Source: Callorhinchus milii (Eukaryota). From it: a stretch of DNA of 64,000 bases. Both the position numbers and the translations under genes were made by a program. Shown here piece after piece: positions 11,720-24,000 of the stretch (position 1 is the first letter of the stretch; each line of letters starts with the position of its first letter). The stretch covers positions 90,708,001 through 90,772,000 of the forward strand of contig NW_024704743.1 of the NCBI RefSeq assembly GCF_018977255.1, written 5' to 3'. The notes under the pieces are model-generated. The model searched no databases. It worked only from the letters and a program-made list of their open reading frames with translations, and had not been told where the DNA came from.

Positions 11720-12995
11720 AATGTTTATTCTGTAATTATTAGATGATCCAGTTAAATTTACACAGCGTCTTTCACAGCGGTGCTTTCTGAAGAACTTAAG
11801 GCATTATAAAGCCTTTCACAATGCTGGATGAGCACCTTAGCTGGAAGTGGAGCTGAGCAGGAGTGGGGAGGGGAAAGATGATCAAAAGCACTGTCAAAGA
11901 TGTACGTTTTGAGATGTGGCCTGAGAGAGGAGGGAGAGACTCTCTGGAATGAAGTTTCAGAGAGCAGGGACAGAAAGGCTGAAAGCCCGCTGATCATGGG
12001 TGGATAGGATGGAAGACATGAAGCAGGTCAGTCCTCGTAGACCAAAGGGAGCGACTAGGGTCGGCAGTTTTTATTAACATTCCAAACCATGGTGAGGTTG
12101 TTAGATACAGGAAAATCCTTCCTTATGCACCTCAAGTATGGGTGTGTTGGGTAGTTTCTTTATCATCACTCACAACAAAACAATACTCCAATCATAGCCC
12201 CCCCCCTCCACACACACACACACACACACTGGCACCCTTCCCAGAGCCCCTTTTATACTTTTTGTTTTATTGGTTCTTCTCAACTTGGCCATTGCTCTTA
12301 AAGGGATGTCTAATACACAGGATTTCACTGTATAGTGTAGGCAAGCACAAAATACACATTCAAGACATTATCCTTCAGATGAGATGTTAAATTAAGGTGC
12401 TGTCGTCCTTTGGATGAGATGTTAAACCAAGGTTCCTGAAGAGAGATCACTTTAAAAATTAAGGACAATTGATAAAAAAAAGAGGAAGATAGGAAATCGA
12501 AAAAGATACTGGGAAAAGACCATGTGTGGTTATGGTTGTTGAAATGAATTGCTCGCAGTTGAGACCCAATAAAGTAAATAACTAATAACCGCCGTGCTTT
12601 GGAGTACATTCTTATTACATGGTGTCACTTGGATTGAAAAAAACACGAGACATTGAAATAAGCAAAATGAATTCTGGAACAGTGGAGTCATTACATATTG
12701 AGGTATGTGCACGTACCACAACCACTGAAGATAATGAGAAACAAGACACAATTAGCACTGATTTGAGTAGGATTTATGGATCTTTGTGGTAACTACAAAT
12801 TTGCCGCTACAGCCACAAAGACGACAAAATACTGTTCTTGAAGTGTTGTAGAAGAGGCAAAGAAACATTTTTGAGACTAGAGAGATAGAGGATATGATGA
12901 ATATTATGTGGGGTACAATGTTGTGGACAAATTAGTGTTTTGCGATACGATGATCGTTGAGCAAGTTCAGCAAATGTACAGGCCTAGATAGAAGT

Positions 12996-13130
12996 AGGGC
13001 TGCCAACTCTGGATATTTTCCAGGCAGGGTTGCCAGAAAATAAAATATGTTTGTAGCCCAAAGTCAGCTAAATGCTAGCCCAAAAGTAGCTCAATATTAT
13101 GCTGCTTAACTAGCTCAAAAGAAGCCCTAT
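12996..13130 (+). mobile_element. Possible hAT-type DNA transposon terminus
   Basis: TAGGGCTGCCAAC and CAGGGTTGCCAG resemble hAT-Blackjack terminal inverted repeats and are followed by short TAGCCCAAA subterminal repeats. The opposite end was not found. Confidence 0.35.
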
Positions 13131-13661
13131 AAACGTAATATTTTTATCTTAAGGTATTACAATCACCAGATGCCCTCTAAAGATACTGGAGAAGCTTGAG
13201 CTTCCTTGGTTTCAAGCAACAATGAAGGGAAAACCCCAACAATAATCTCCACTTGGTAGAGGGCAAATACTGTTCTGGGAGCCATCACGGAAGGATGAGT
13301 GCTTAGGGCAAGGCACCTTCTGCACTGGAGTCAGAAATAGCTCTTAAATTTGGTAGATTGGACGTGGGAGCTTTGGATATCAGCCAATATAGAACATAAG
13401 TATTGCTAGGTAAACTCTGATTCCAAGCCGCCAGTGGGCAGATCAACTCCTATGCTCTTGTCCATGTGGTATGTAGACCATCCAGTGGACCAGGAGGAGA
13501 GGTGAAGAATCATGAACACCTGCAACCCCATGTAGATGAGAAAAGGAGTCAAAGAAGAAGTATTAAAAATGATCAGATCCCAACAGTGCACAAACACACA
13601 GTGTGTGGCTATGGGTAGAAGAGTGAATGCCAATTTAAGTTAGTGTGTTTGAAACTAAGAA

Positions 13662-13778
13662 TGATAATAATAATAATCCTTGCATTTGATATAGCGTTTT
13701 TCACGTCTTCTAGACGTCTCGAAGTGCTTCACAGAATATGCTGTAAAGTGAATTGACCGTATATTTGTGGGCGAAACC
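13662..13778 (-). mobile_element. SINE 3' fragment (TAGAA-loop subfamily)
   Basis: Tail and partial body next to minisatellite A. Confidence 0.85.
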
Positions 13779-13800
13779 ATCTTCAAAGGAAAAAAGTTTG

Positions 13801-14348
13801 CAGGCTGTGTGTGGGGTTATCACTGTGTACAGGCTGCGTGTGGGGTTCCCTCTCTGTGTACAGGCTGCGTGTGAGGTTCCCTCTCTGTGTACAGGCTGTG
13901 TGTGGGGTTATCACTGTGTACAGGCTGTGTGTGGGGTTCCCTCTCTGTGTACAGGCTGTGTGTGGGGTTCCCTCTCTGTGTACAGGCTGTGTGTGGGGTT
14001 CCCTCTCTGTGTACAGGCTGCGTGTGAGGTTCCCTCTCTGTGTACAGGCTGTGTGTGGGGTTCCCTCTCTGTGTACAGGCTGTGTGTGGGGTTCCCTCTC
14101 TGTGTACAGGCTGTGTGTGGGGTTCCCTCTCTTGTGTACAGGCTGCGTGTGGGGTTCCCTCTCTGTGTACAGGCTGTGTGTGGGGTTCCCTCTCTGTGTA
14201 CAGGCTGTGTGTGGGGTTCCCTCTCTGTGTACAGGCTGTGTGTGGGGTTCCCTCTCTGTGTACAGGCTGTGTGTGGGGTTCCCTCTCTGTGTACAGGCTG
14301 TGTGTGGGGTTCCCTCTCTGTGTACAGGCTGTGTGTGGAGTTCTCTCT
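13801..14348. repeat. Minisatellite A, 31-bp unit, about 17-18 copies
   Basis: Unit CAGGCTGTGTGTGGGGTTCCCTCTCTGTGTA, highly homogeneous, with a few 29-bp and 32-bp variants. Confidence 0.97.
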
Positions 14349-14479
14349 TTTCAAATTGGTCTTGGGGCTGAGACCAGGAGAATTTTCAGTTCACTATCTG
14401 CCTCACCCTCTCTCTCTATCAGCCTCTTTTTCTATGTCTTCCTCGATTCTTTCTTAGCTTCGGTCCAAAAAAGAAATAA

Positions 14480-14647
14480 TTGATCCTTCAATCCACGACT
14501 GTTAGTGGGACACTGCTGTGCGCAATTGGCTACCTTGTTTTGCCCACAAAATATACAGTAACTACATTTTACAGTATATCCCGTGAAGCGCTTTGAGATG
14601 TCTTGAAGACGTGATAAAGTGCTATATCAAATGCAAGGATTATTATT
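14480..14647 (+). mobile_element. SINE 3' half between minisatellites A and B
   Basis: caatccacgactg...gcaaggattattatt. Confidence 0.85.
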
Positions 14648-15145
14648 CTCTCTGTGCAGACTGTGTGTGATGTTATCTCTCTCTGTGTACAGGCTGTGTG
14701 TGGCGTTATCTCTCTGTGTACACTGTGTGTGTGTGTGTGTGGGGGGGGGGGTATTTCTCTGTGTACACTGTGTGTGTGGGGGGTATGTCTCTGTGTACAC
14801 TGTATGTTTGGGGGGTATGTCTCTGTGTACACTGTATGTGTGTGGGGGGGGTATGTCTCTGTGTACACTGTGTGTGTGGGGGGTATGTCTCTGTGTACAC
14901 TGTGTGTGTGTGGGGGGGGTATGTCTCTGTGTACGCTGTGTGTGTGGGGGGTATGTCTCTGTGTACACTGTGTGTGTGGGGGGGTATGTCTCTGTGTACA
15001 CTGTGTGTGTGTGTGGGGGGGTATGTCTCTGTGTACACTATGTGTGTGGGGGGGGTATGTCTCTGTGTACACTGTGTGTGTGTGTGTGTGGGGGGGGGTA
15101 TGTCTCTGTGTACACTGTGTGTATGGGGGGTATTTCTCTGTACAG
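14647..15145. repeat. Minisatellite B, variable unit of about 31-40 bp
   Basis: Unit TATGTCTCTGTGTACAC(TG)n(G)n with variable TG and G runs. Confidence 0.95.
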
Positions 15146-15360
15146 GCGGGGTGTGCGGGGACCTCCCGGCCGCGGGTGGCGCTGTGCGGGGAGGCAGACG
15201 TGACGCCGCTCGTGGCTCGAAGCGTTTGGTTGTTTCGGACTCGAACCAACCGCCCCGGCGCGAGGAGCGGCAACAGCGTGTGCGCGAGAGAGACCGTGAC
15301 ATGAGGGAGGTGAGCAGAGCGCGGGCCGTCACCCCATCCCGTCACCCCAGCAACCGGGCA
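15145..15360 (+). promoter_or_regulatory. Small CpG island, probable MED30 promoter
   Basis: The only strongly CpG-rich unique sequence in the window. Contains GACGTGACG (CRE/ATF-type half sites, 15197-15205) and GC-rich tracts, 5.5 kb upstream of the MED30 ATG. Confidence 0.7.
15200..15309 (+). other. MED30: Probable non-coding first exon of MED30 (5' boundary unknown)
   Basis: Donor GAG|GTGAGC at 15309/15310 inside the CpG island. A matching acceptor (ttctttcctctAG) lies at 20796, 39 nt before the ATG. Confidence 0.6.
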
Positions 15361-15445
15361 CACCCCACCCAGTCTGTGCCCACCTCACCCCACCAGCTCC
15401 AGCTCCCCCGCCCGTGCCCACCCCACCACACCAGCTCCCCCGCCC

Positions 15446-15531
<86 letters not shown>

Positions 15532-16238
15532 CCCCCCCGCCCGTGCCCACCCCACCAGCTCCCCCCCCGTGCCCACCCCACCCCACCAGCTCCCCGCCCG
15601 TGCCCACCCCACCAGCTCCCCCGCCCGTGCCCACCCACCAGCTCCCCCGCGCCCGTGCCCACCCACCAGCTCCCCCGCCGTGCCCACCCCCCACCAGCTC
15701 CCCCCCGTGCCCACCCCCCACCAGCTCCCCCGCCGTGCCCACCCCACCCAGCTCCCCCGCCCGTGCCCACCCCACCAGCTCCCCCCCGCCGTGCCCACCC
15801 ACCAGCTCCCCCGCCCGTGCCCACCCCACCAGCTCCAGCCCCCCCGCCCGTGCCCACCCCACCAGCTCCCCCGCCCGTGCCCACCCACCAGCTCCCCCGC
15901 CCGTGCCCACCCCACCAGCTCCCCGCCCGTGCCCACCCCACCAGCTCCCCCCGCCTGCCCACCCCACCAGCTCCCCCCCGTGCCCACCCCACCAGCTCCC
16001 CCGCCGTGCCCACCCCACCAGCTCCCCCCCCCGTGCCCACCCCACCAGCTCCCCCGCCCGTGCCCACCCCACCAGCTCCCCCGCCCGTGCCCACCCCACC
16101 AGCTCCCCCGCCCGTGCCCACCCCACCACACCAGCTCCCCCCGTCTCTGCCCACCCCACCAGCTCCCCCCCCCCCCCCACCAGCTCCCCCCGCCCGTGCC
16201 CACCCCACCAGCTCCCCCGCCCGTGCCCACCCCACCAG
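15360..16238. repeat. C-rich minisatellite C (unit about 27 bp) containing an 82-nt poly-C run
   Basis: Unit CCAGCTCCCCCGCCCGTGCCCACCCCA. Pure C at 15449-15530. Confidence 0.95.
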
Positions 16239-17405
16239 GTCTCTGTGTAAACGCCTCCACTCGGCAATGAGTGGATTCCTAATCCAGCAGCTGGCGGCTG
16301 GGCAACAGTGCTGTGTTTTCTGTATAAACCTAACCAGCATCTGCTTCTTATTTCACCTTTCTTCCCTCTCCTCACACTCCTGCCCCCTCTTTTAAGACAT
16401 TTGTGAGTTTTATCATTTATGTAAAAAAAAACTATTTAAAAAATGTTTTGAATTGAGTAGACTTGTTGTTATCCATCCACAGCTATGTTTTAAATTTGTT
16501 TGTTTTTTTGGAAAAAAAACTTTACTTAATAATTAGACTTGTCAGTTTGGGTGAGAGCGTGCAGCGGGCTGGTAAGATGCAGAAGTGCACCTGTGACTTG
16601 AATCAATGCGGGTAAGATCCTGGACTCCAGCTGTATGTATGGAGGTGGGGTCACTCGTAAGGAGCGGAAGTCTTGCTTGTGGAAAGAAAGAAATGCCCTG
16701 GTGGATGGTGTTGTGAACCTCCTATGCCACTCGGGTAATATCAGATGGACTTGGACAAGATTACCCGCCAGGACTGGTGTTGGTGGAATTGCGTGTGACA
16801 CCTGCTGATCCGAAAAGGGAACAAACAAGCTCCTGACACTACTGGGATCGTTATTTCTAATGCAGATAACCTGAGGGCATTTTAGCTCTGTGTTCCCTCC
16901 TGACTACAGTTTGATCTCGGGGCACAAACTGATTACCATCAGAGAACCAGAGGGTGGGTGGTATCCAAGAATCAAACTACAGCAAGAATCAACTCCACTC
17001 GGAGAGAAGAGAGACATGGTGGAAGGCACTGAGATATTGTATGTGAAAGAAGGAGGTTTTCTCATTTGTGTGAGTGGAAAGTAACGATAAAACACAGATA
17101 AAGTTACATGTACGTTTCAGTGCCGGATTGGTATCTAGAAGAGGAAGAGTGCTAATCCCTCCTCAGAAAAATGGCAGCTGGCCAGAGCCTGTCTGATACA
17201 TCATTAGAGCAGTTCAGTTTCCAGTTAACACTCCCAGCATCGTCCGTCTCCACGAGGCTGCTTTCCCACTTGTGCAAATATTGAAATTCTCAGGGTGGAT
17301 AACTTAATTATATTTACCTTTGTTAAAATTGCCTTTCACATATGTATCTTGGAATTCTTCTCCCTGTTAACAACAATTTGCATTTATACAGTGCCCTTTA
17401 TGTAG

Positions 17406-17666
17406 TAATAATAATAATAATCCTTGCATTTGATATAGCACTTTTCACGTCTTCTAGACGTTTCAAAGCGCTTCACAGAATATACTGTAAAGTGAATTGA
17501 CTGTATATGTGTGGGCGAAACGCGGCAGCCAATTGTGCACAGCAATGTCCCACATACAGTCGTGGATTGCAAATGACCAACTTATTATTGTCTTGTTTTA
17601 GAGGGATTATTATTAGGTGTGTGGAGTAAGGAAACTTGCCCAAGTTTCGTCCTGCCTGGAATTTGA
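17406..17666 (-). mobile_element. SINE, 5'-truncated (TAGAA loop)
   Basis: Family body and tail. Confidence 0.88.
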
Positions 17667-20600
17667 CTTTGAAAGTTGACCTTGAGCTGTTTTGCTTTTG
17701 GTCACCAGGTGTCTGACACATGTGTAATTCCATCATCATGCTTAAAAGTATCTGAACCAAAGTTCCATGCATGCTACCTACACGTGAAAATTCCTGTCTG
17801 GAATGGAATATCTGTTTACCTAATTCCAGAGAGTATTAAGGCAGGTTCTCAAGAGCCAAATCTTGGGGATCCCAGAGTGTACATTGGTGAACTGCTGGAG
17901 CTAAAACCAAGTAGCTTGCCATTGATATCACTGTTTGGAAAGTTTTCTGCTATTTTTGTTGTTGACCAGCCTGGCACGGGACCTGGGTTACTGAAGCTCC
18001 CCAGATGGTTGACTTAATTCTGATCCGATGCATGTCACCTTGAAACCAGGTCAGCTGCAAGGAAACCTGCTTACCTCCTCTCACTCTCCCCCTTCCCCCC
18101 AAGGATAGTCATTTGACATTTGCAGATTTGAGCCCTCATTCCGTGGATGGCAGATACCTGTGCACTTTCTAGTGAGCAGCACAGCTCAGCATGAAATGGA
18201 TTAGAGAATAACCACCATTTTTCTACCCATAGCACAAACATATGTTCAGAACTCCCTACCCATTGAACAATAGTTCCATCAGTTGGAGGTGCAGAGTTTT
18301 AGCAGCAAATGCTTACCTTTCAGCATACCAATGAATAGCTTCCAGCAGCTGTTCCTCCAAGCCTCAGAGTTTCCTCGTCAGGTATCAGGCGGACATCTGC
18401 CTTTAATGTAGTGGGAGCATTTTACAGGACAGCTTGTGATGTGCTATCCACCTTGATGTTCATTCGCATGCCAGACTTACGCAGCACCTGTTTCCCAATT
18501 CAGGTTCTTATGTGAGGGGCTTTGATAAATAGATGTGCTGGTCAGGAAGCAACACTGCCTCCAGGGTTTCTTAGCAATATTCAAAGCGCTTCACAGGGTT
18601 TACTATAAAGTATAGCAACTGTACTTTATAGGTGAATATCCCCTCCTTGTATGGATCTTACATCTTCCAGTCAATACATTTATGGTCCCCTCTTGAGCGA
18701 TGCAGGACCATAATTCCACTCGGGAAGCGGGAGAGTGCCCACTGAGTGGCTCAGTGTTCAAGATAGCAATTCCAAGAATTGTTGGAAATTCCTGCATTTT
18801 TTATTCATAATCCTTTCAAGCAACAAGTAGCTTAAATAGCAGATGGTAGTGCTTCTAATTGAGCAAATATGGCCAATAGCTTTTGTTTTGCAGAATGTAT
18901 TTCATCCGATGTAACACAAAAAGACCTGACAAAGGTGTTGCAAACTTCACAGACATAAAAACATAAGAAATGCTAGACGAAAAAAGACTGAGGTCCAACT
19001 AGTTTGCCTTCCACCTTCCTGACAGTCACATGCACAAATGTCCCAAACTACCTATGTACTATATCCCATAATGCTATTTCCTAAAAGAAAACTATCTAAT
19101 CTGTATTTGAAAGAATCAACACTTTCTGCTTCAGCCGTCTCCCTAGGGAGCCTGTTCCACAGGTTCACTATTCACTCTGAAATAGTGTTTGTGTAGATTC
19201 GTTCTGAATTTACCCCCTTTTTTTCTCAGATTTAAATTGGGCACTAACTAGTTTTGAATGTAATATGCTGTGTAGTCACACTTGTGACTTGGACTGAGCA
19301 GCAAACAGTGATGACTTACTTTAGCTCAGATTCTCCAGACTCCACAAATCCACCCAACATCGGCACTGAATGTTGAGGTTATGTGATTTTGTCCTATTCC
19401 AGTATTATTAAATAATCACCCAAGATTTTGTCCGCTCTCCGCCTTCCTCTCCTCCCCTCTTCAGGGGGACATACAGGACACTTGATGGGTTATATAAATA
19501 CATTATATGGTGGGATTTCTTGAAGTTGCTTCTTTGACCCCACAATCACTGGTGGTAGAGCCATGAATTCTAATTCACTTGTGCCTGACTTTATCCTGCT
19601 GTACCTCCTCATTAAATCCTCAGCAAATGCTTTATGGTGTGTCTTAAATAAATTGCTGTAAAACAGAATGGGTTTTAAGAAAGAATTTACATTTTTATAG
19701 TGGCAATTCCATTAAAATGCCCACAGTAATTGGTGTTGAGTATAGCGACGTTTTTGTAGGCAACATGTCATTTTACACACAGCAAAGTTCCACAAACATC
19801 CGTGAAGTGAATGAAGGATCAATTTTATCTGGAGGCTTTTTGACTTAACATCAAGTGCAGTGCTACCGATTGAGCTAGCCTGATATTGGTTTAAGTATAA
19901 TATATGATTCATATTCATGCAGCTGGATGATACCGTGGATTGATCATGAGTTAGCCTAATTTATTTGGTTGCACGCTTGCCTCTGGGAAGGTTGTAGGTT
20001 TGTGTTCACCAATGCTGCTTTACGTTGCAACTCCAGAAAATATGGCCTCCAGGCTGCTAGAAATTGCTTATAGCAAATGGCGTTTTGAATAAGTGCAGAC
20101 ATCTTGTCATGTAAGGAGTTGGCTTCTTGTGTCATGGATTCTGGGAGAGCTTAGTGCTGATAGTCAGTGCCAAAAGTGAAATTAAAGTGCTCCCATGTCC
20201 TATCATAGTCACCCCTCATCTTGATCCATACAAACCCAAATTCTGAAGGAAGAAGAGTTCACCTCGGGTTGTTCTGTAAAAGTATTATTTCTCAGTAAAA
20301 TTGACTTTTCCTGCCTTTTATCAAATTGCAAATTCTATCCAGGCTTGACACACCCATTGACTCTTCAGTGAAACATAACAGCAGCTAGAAAATGATAATG
20401 TGTAATTTATATTTTAAAACATCTTATCTCTAGAATTTCCATGCATAGGTGGGCTTATTAGTTTGGTTTGGATACTCTTAAGTATGGTGATGCGTTTCCG
20501 CATGTGTCAGATACCCGGCTGACCAAAAAAACCTCAACATTTTTGTCACTTAGCCTGAACTTGTGCTCTTGAAGCCAAACATTATCAGAAACTCCAGAGG

Positions 20601-20835
20601 TTCTGATAATGCATCACAGCATTGTGGCATACGCTCATTACTTAAATTTATAGACCATTATACTTTTTAATGGTCATTCATAAATCAATACAAAGTTCTT
20701 TTGAAATTTTGTACAATAGTCTTAATTTCTTCATTAAGCTCTAACCCTTTGAAACAGTCATGTTTATTATTATTTAAACATAATTCTTTCCTCTAGCATT
20801 TTGCTGAACACTGACGTGTCAGAAGGAAGAAAGAC

Positions 20836-21006
20836 ATGGCAGTACCCCCTGTAGGTGGGGCAGGAATGCCTGGAGCCTTTACAGGACCACCGGGCCAGGC
20901 TGGACGAGAGGTTAACACGGCTTCCCTCTGCCGGATTGGCCAGGAGACTGTGCAAGATATCGTTTCCAGAACTATGGAAATCTTTCAACTTCTTAGGAAC
21001 ATGCAG
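20836..21006 (+). CDS. MED30: Mediator complex subunit 30, first coding exon (exon begins at 20797)
   Basis: Strong Kozak context gacATGG. Encodes MAVPP...REVNTASLCRIGQETVQDIVSRTMEIFQLLRNMQ and ends at CAG|GTcagt. 57 codons. Confidence 0.96.
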
Positions 21007-24000
21007 GTCAGTGACTATATACATATCCACACATACACATAGCTTTGCTTGTTATCGCAGTGCTTTAATGATGCAACATATACAATGATTTTGAAATGTA
21101 GAGAAAACCCAGAGATTTTAGGACATTATTGGGAAGTTATTATCTCCTCCTTGCATCATCTCTGTGTTGGAATCAAAACTCGGTGGATGCATTTGCAAGA
21201 TTGTGGGACTCCTTTCTTGTACAATCCACAAACATTTAAAGTATGTTTGGTGCACCTTTCCACTTCTTAACATATCTTGTTTTTCTGCTGCTCTTTTTGG
21301 TCTTTAAGATCCACCATTCTGTGGATCTTCACCATTCACCTAGACTTTCAAGTCCCCAAACATTAAGTATTTGAAACTCTACATTAAGTAAACATGTAAG
21401 TGAAAAGATCGCTCTTTGTTGAAAAGCTCATGACTGTTAACCTCACATTGTAACAGCTTGCGGTGATGTATGTCTTCTTATTGGTCAAATCAGTCATGCA
21501 AGAGTCACTTATTAGCTAATGTGGTAGTTTAAGGGATCCAGTGATTCTTCAGCACCCACTCAAACTAGATTTTCTAAATGTAGTCTCAGCCTTTTTGATA
21601 CTAGAGATCTGCTCAATCTTCTTAAAATGTTATAGCCTATTAGAAAATGAGCCGAGTGATAGGTCAGATCATTTGATCTGAATGTTAGCCAGTCGAGTGA
21701 CTCGATTTGGGATGTAGAATGCCCTGCGAAATAAGTTAGTAAAGGCAGAGTTCATTGTGGGTTTCAGGAGGGAAATACACAGATATATGGAGAATGGGAT
21801 ATGAGAATAGGACAGGGCAGTGGGATTGAAGGAGTTTGAGAATAAGACGGGGCAGTGAGATTGAATGAGCACCTTGCTTGAGAACTGGTGCAGACTTGAT
21901 TAGCCAAATAGCCGTCTGCACTATAAACCTCTGTGTCCAATGACGAGATCTCTGGTATAGGCCAACAATGTGGTTATCGCATGGGGTTATCACAGACTGG
22001 CACTAATTCACAGACTGGGGTGTCAGTCACTTGTTAGTTAATACAGACTAGAATGTGCACCGTCTCCCCAGAAGGACATACCCTAATTACCTAATTATGG
22101 AGAGTTTATTGGGTGCATTGGCAAGAGCCAAGGCTCGGGACCCCAGAGTGTACAATGGGGTTCTGCTGGGATTGTAGAGTTGAACCAACTAAAACTGTAA
22201 AGCTTGATACTGAAAGCATCATCTGGCTAGCTTCCTGCTACGAGTCCAGCTGAGACCTTTCTACCTCTTGGGGCTTTGGCTTACAGAGCTGATTGGAAAG
22301 AATTCCTACTCCAAATGACCAGACCGCCCCTCCAAATTCTACTGATTATCCAGGATGGGCCGTCATCACAGGTGCTCTGGATTCTGTAGACCTGTCTGAC
22401 AGAACCAGCAGATTACATGATAACACACCGTAGTATAGAGGGGCGCTGTTTATAGCATGGTTGCATTCTAGTACCATGGGTTACTAAAAGTGCTATTCAC
22501 TTTGGTGCTGACTGACCGATTTTCTGCACATAGTGCACATGCGCAATGCGCAGGATATGACTTCAGCTGTGACCTGACAGCCCAGAAGAGTTCACCAGCA
22601 TTTAACGCCTCGTTTTAATTCTGGGTCTGACTCAAACCACCGTGTTTTAAAATTCTAATACATTGCATTCATCAAAATTTATATAAAGTTAACTGTGTGA
22701 TGTTTCGGATGCAGTTGTAGTAGATCTTCTTGTCTTTATTCTTAGATTTATGGAGATGATTGGCAAGCTTTAACATGCATTCTTAGACTTTGCCCAGTAG
22801 GGTGCACCAAACCACAATTTAACATTCTGATAATCTGTTTAATTTAAATATATTTTCCATAGAATGGTCTGTAGCGTTGTACAGTCATGAATAATTTATC
22901 AATGATTGTATTATGGGCCCATTTCTTTTCTCAACCTTATTAAGATGAGCTACAATCTGTAGTGTTCCACTGTTGAATAAAATTGGTAAGGGCATATCGA
23001 ATTTGTTGAATAGGGTACCCTGGAAAGCAAAATATGTCAGCAAATTTAAGAAGGAATTAGATGGATCTTTGGCGACTAAATATGAAAGAGAATTTGCCTA
23101 CAAATATGCAATGGTAATCCTCTGTGAAGTGCTTTGTGATATTTTTAAAGAAATTATTGTAGGATAATGATTGATTTTTCTTTTAAATTTAGGACCTGTC
23201 AGATAAACTCCAATCGTTATTTCAGATTCTGTGCATTCCTCTAAGACTGTTGTGAAAAGATTGAGAGAGATTAGTATGTGAATGGTCCAAGATGGGCTGT
23301 TTACTGCAACAACCCAGTGCTTTGGAGCAGCAAAGTTCAGCATGGAGGGACAAGCACTGAAATCTTCCATTATTTGCTTCATGAGCTTTGCCCACTTAAA
23401 AACAACAGTAACTTTTGAAAACTTGTCATGCCAGCCCCAAGTTTTTTTAAGTTAAAAAAATCTAGTTACAGTTGAACCCTATTTTAAAACACGTAATTAC
23501 TACGGGGGTTAAATGTTTATTTACCCTACACAAAAATGCAAAATTCATGAGCTCATTCCACTGCTGCTACATGATGCTGGCTAGTGCAGATATTTCGTAA
23601 GCACAGTGTACAGCCAGCAAATTGTTTCTCTGCTTATCTGCAGTGAATGCAGAAGCCCTGTTTGGTAATTGTGCTCCATTATAGCGTTGGTTAGGATTTT
23701 ATAGATTGCAACATCCGCTTTATAATGGAGCTCTACTATACTAATACGCAGCGATCTCAGACAGTGTCTAAGGTGTCTGTTGATTCTCCACTTGTCTCTT
23801 GTTTCGCCCACAAAATATACAGTCAATTCACTTTACAGTATATTCTGTGAAGTGCTTTGAGATGTCTTGAAGACATGATAAGGCGCTATATCAAATGCAA
23901 GGATTATTATTATTACTGAATTTGAGTGTGTTAGTCATGGTAAAAATATTCCTGTGGTTTCCGTTTGATGTTACCTAGTTACCTGGTGTGAGCACATAGA

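Noticed and set aside
13801..14348. CRISPR-like array of 31-bp repeats
   Set aside because: The units are contiguous with no unique spacers, there are no cas genes, and the context is eukaryotic.
13753..16395. Long ORFs up to 565 aa, rich in Cys/Val/Gly or Pro
   Set aside because: Several frames on both strands are open only because the minisatellites lack stop codons. No protein-like complexity.
16640..16810. L1/Tx1-like CLWKERNALV motif
   Set aside because: A single short motif with no supporting neighbouring domains.
18312..18410. Minus-strand exon with a good GTAAG donor
   Set aside because: All three frames contain stops and there is no recognisable homology.
22425..22450. Second CTCF-like site (tatagaggggcgctg)
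   Set aside because: The 5' half of the core motif is missing.
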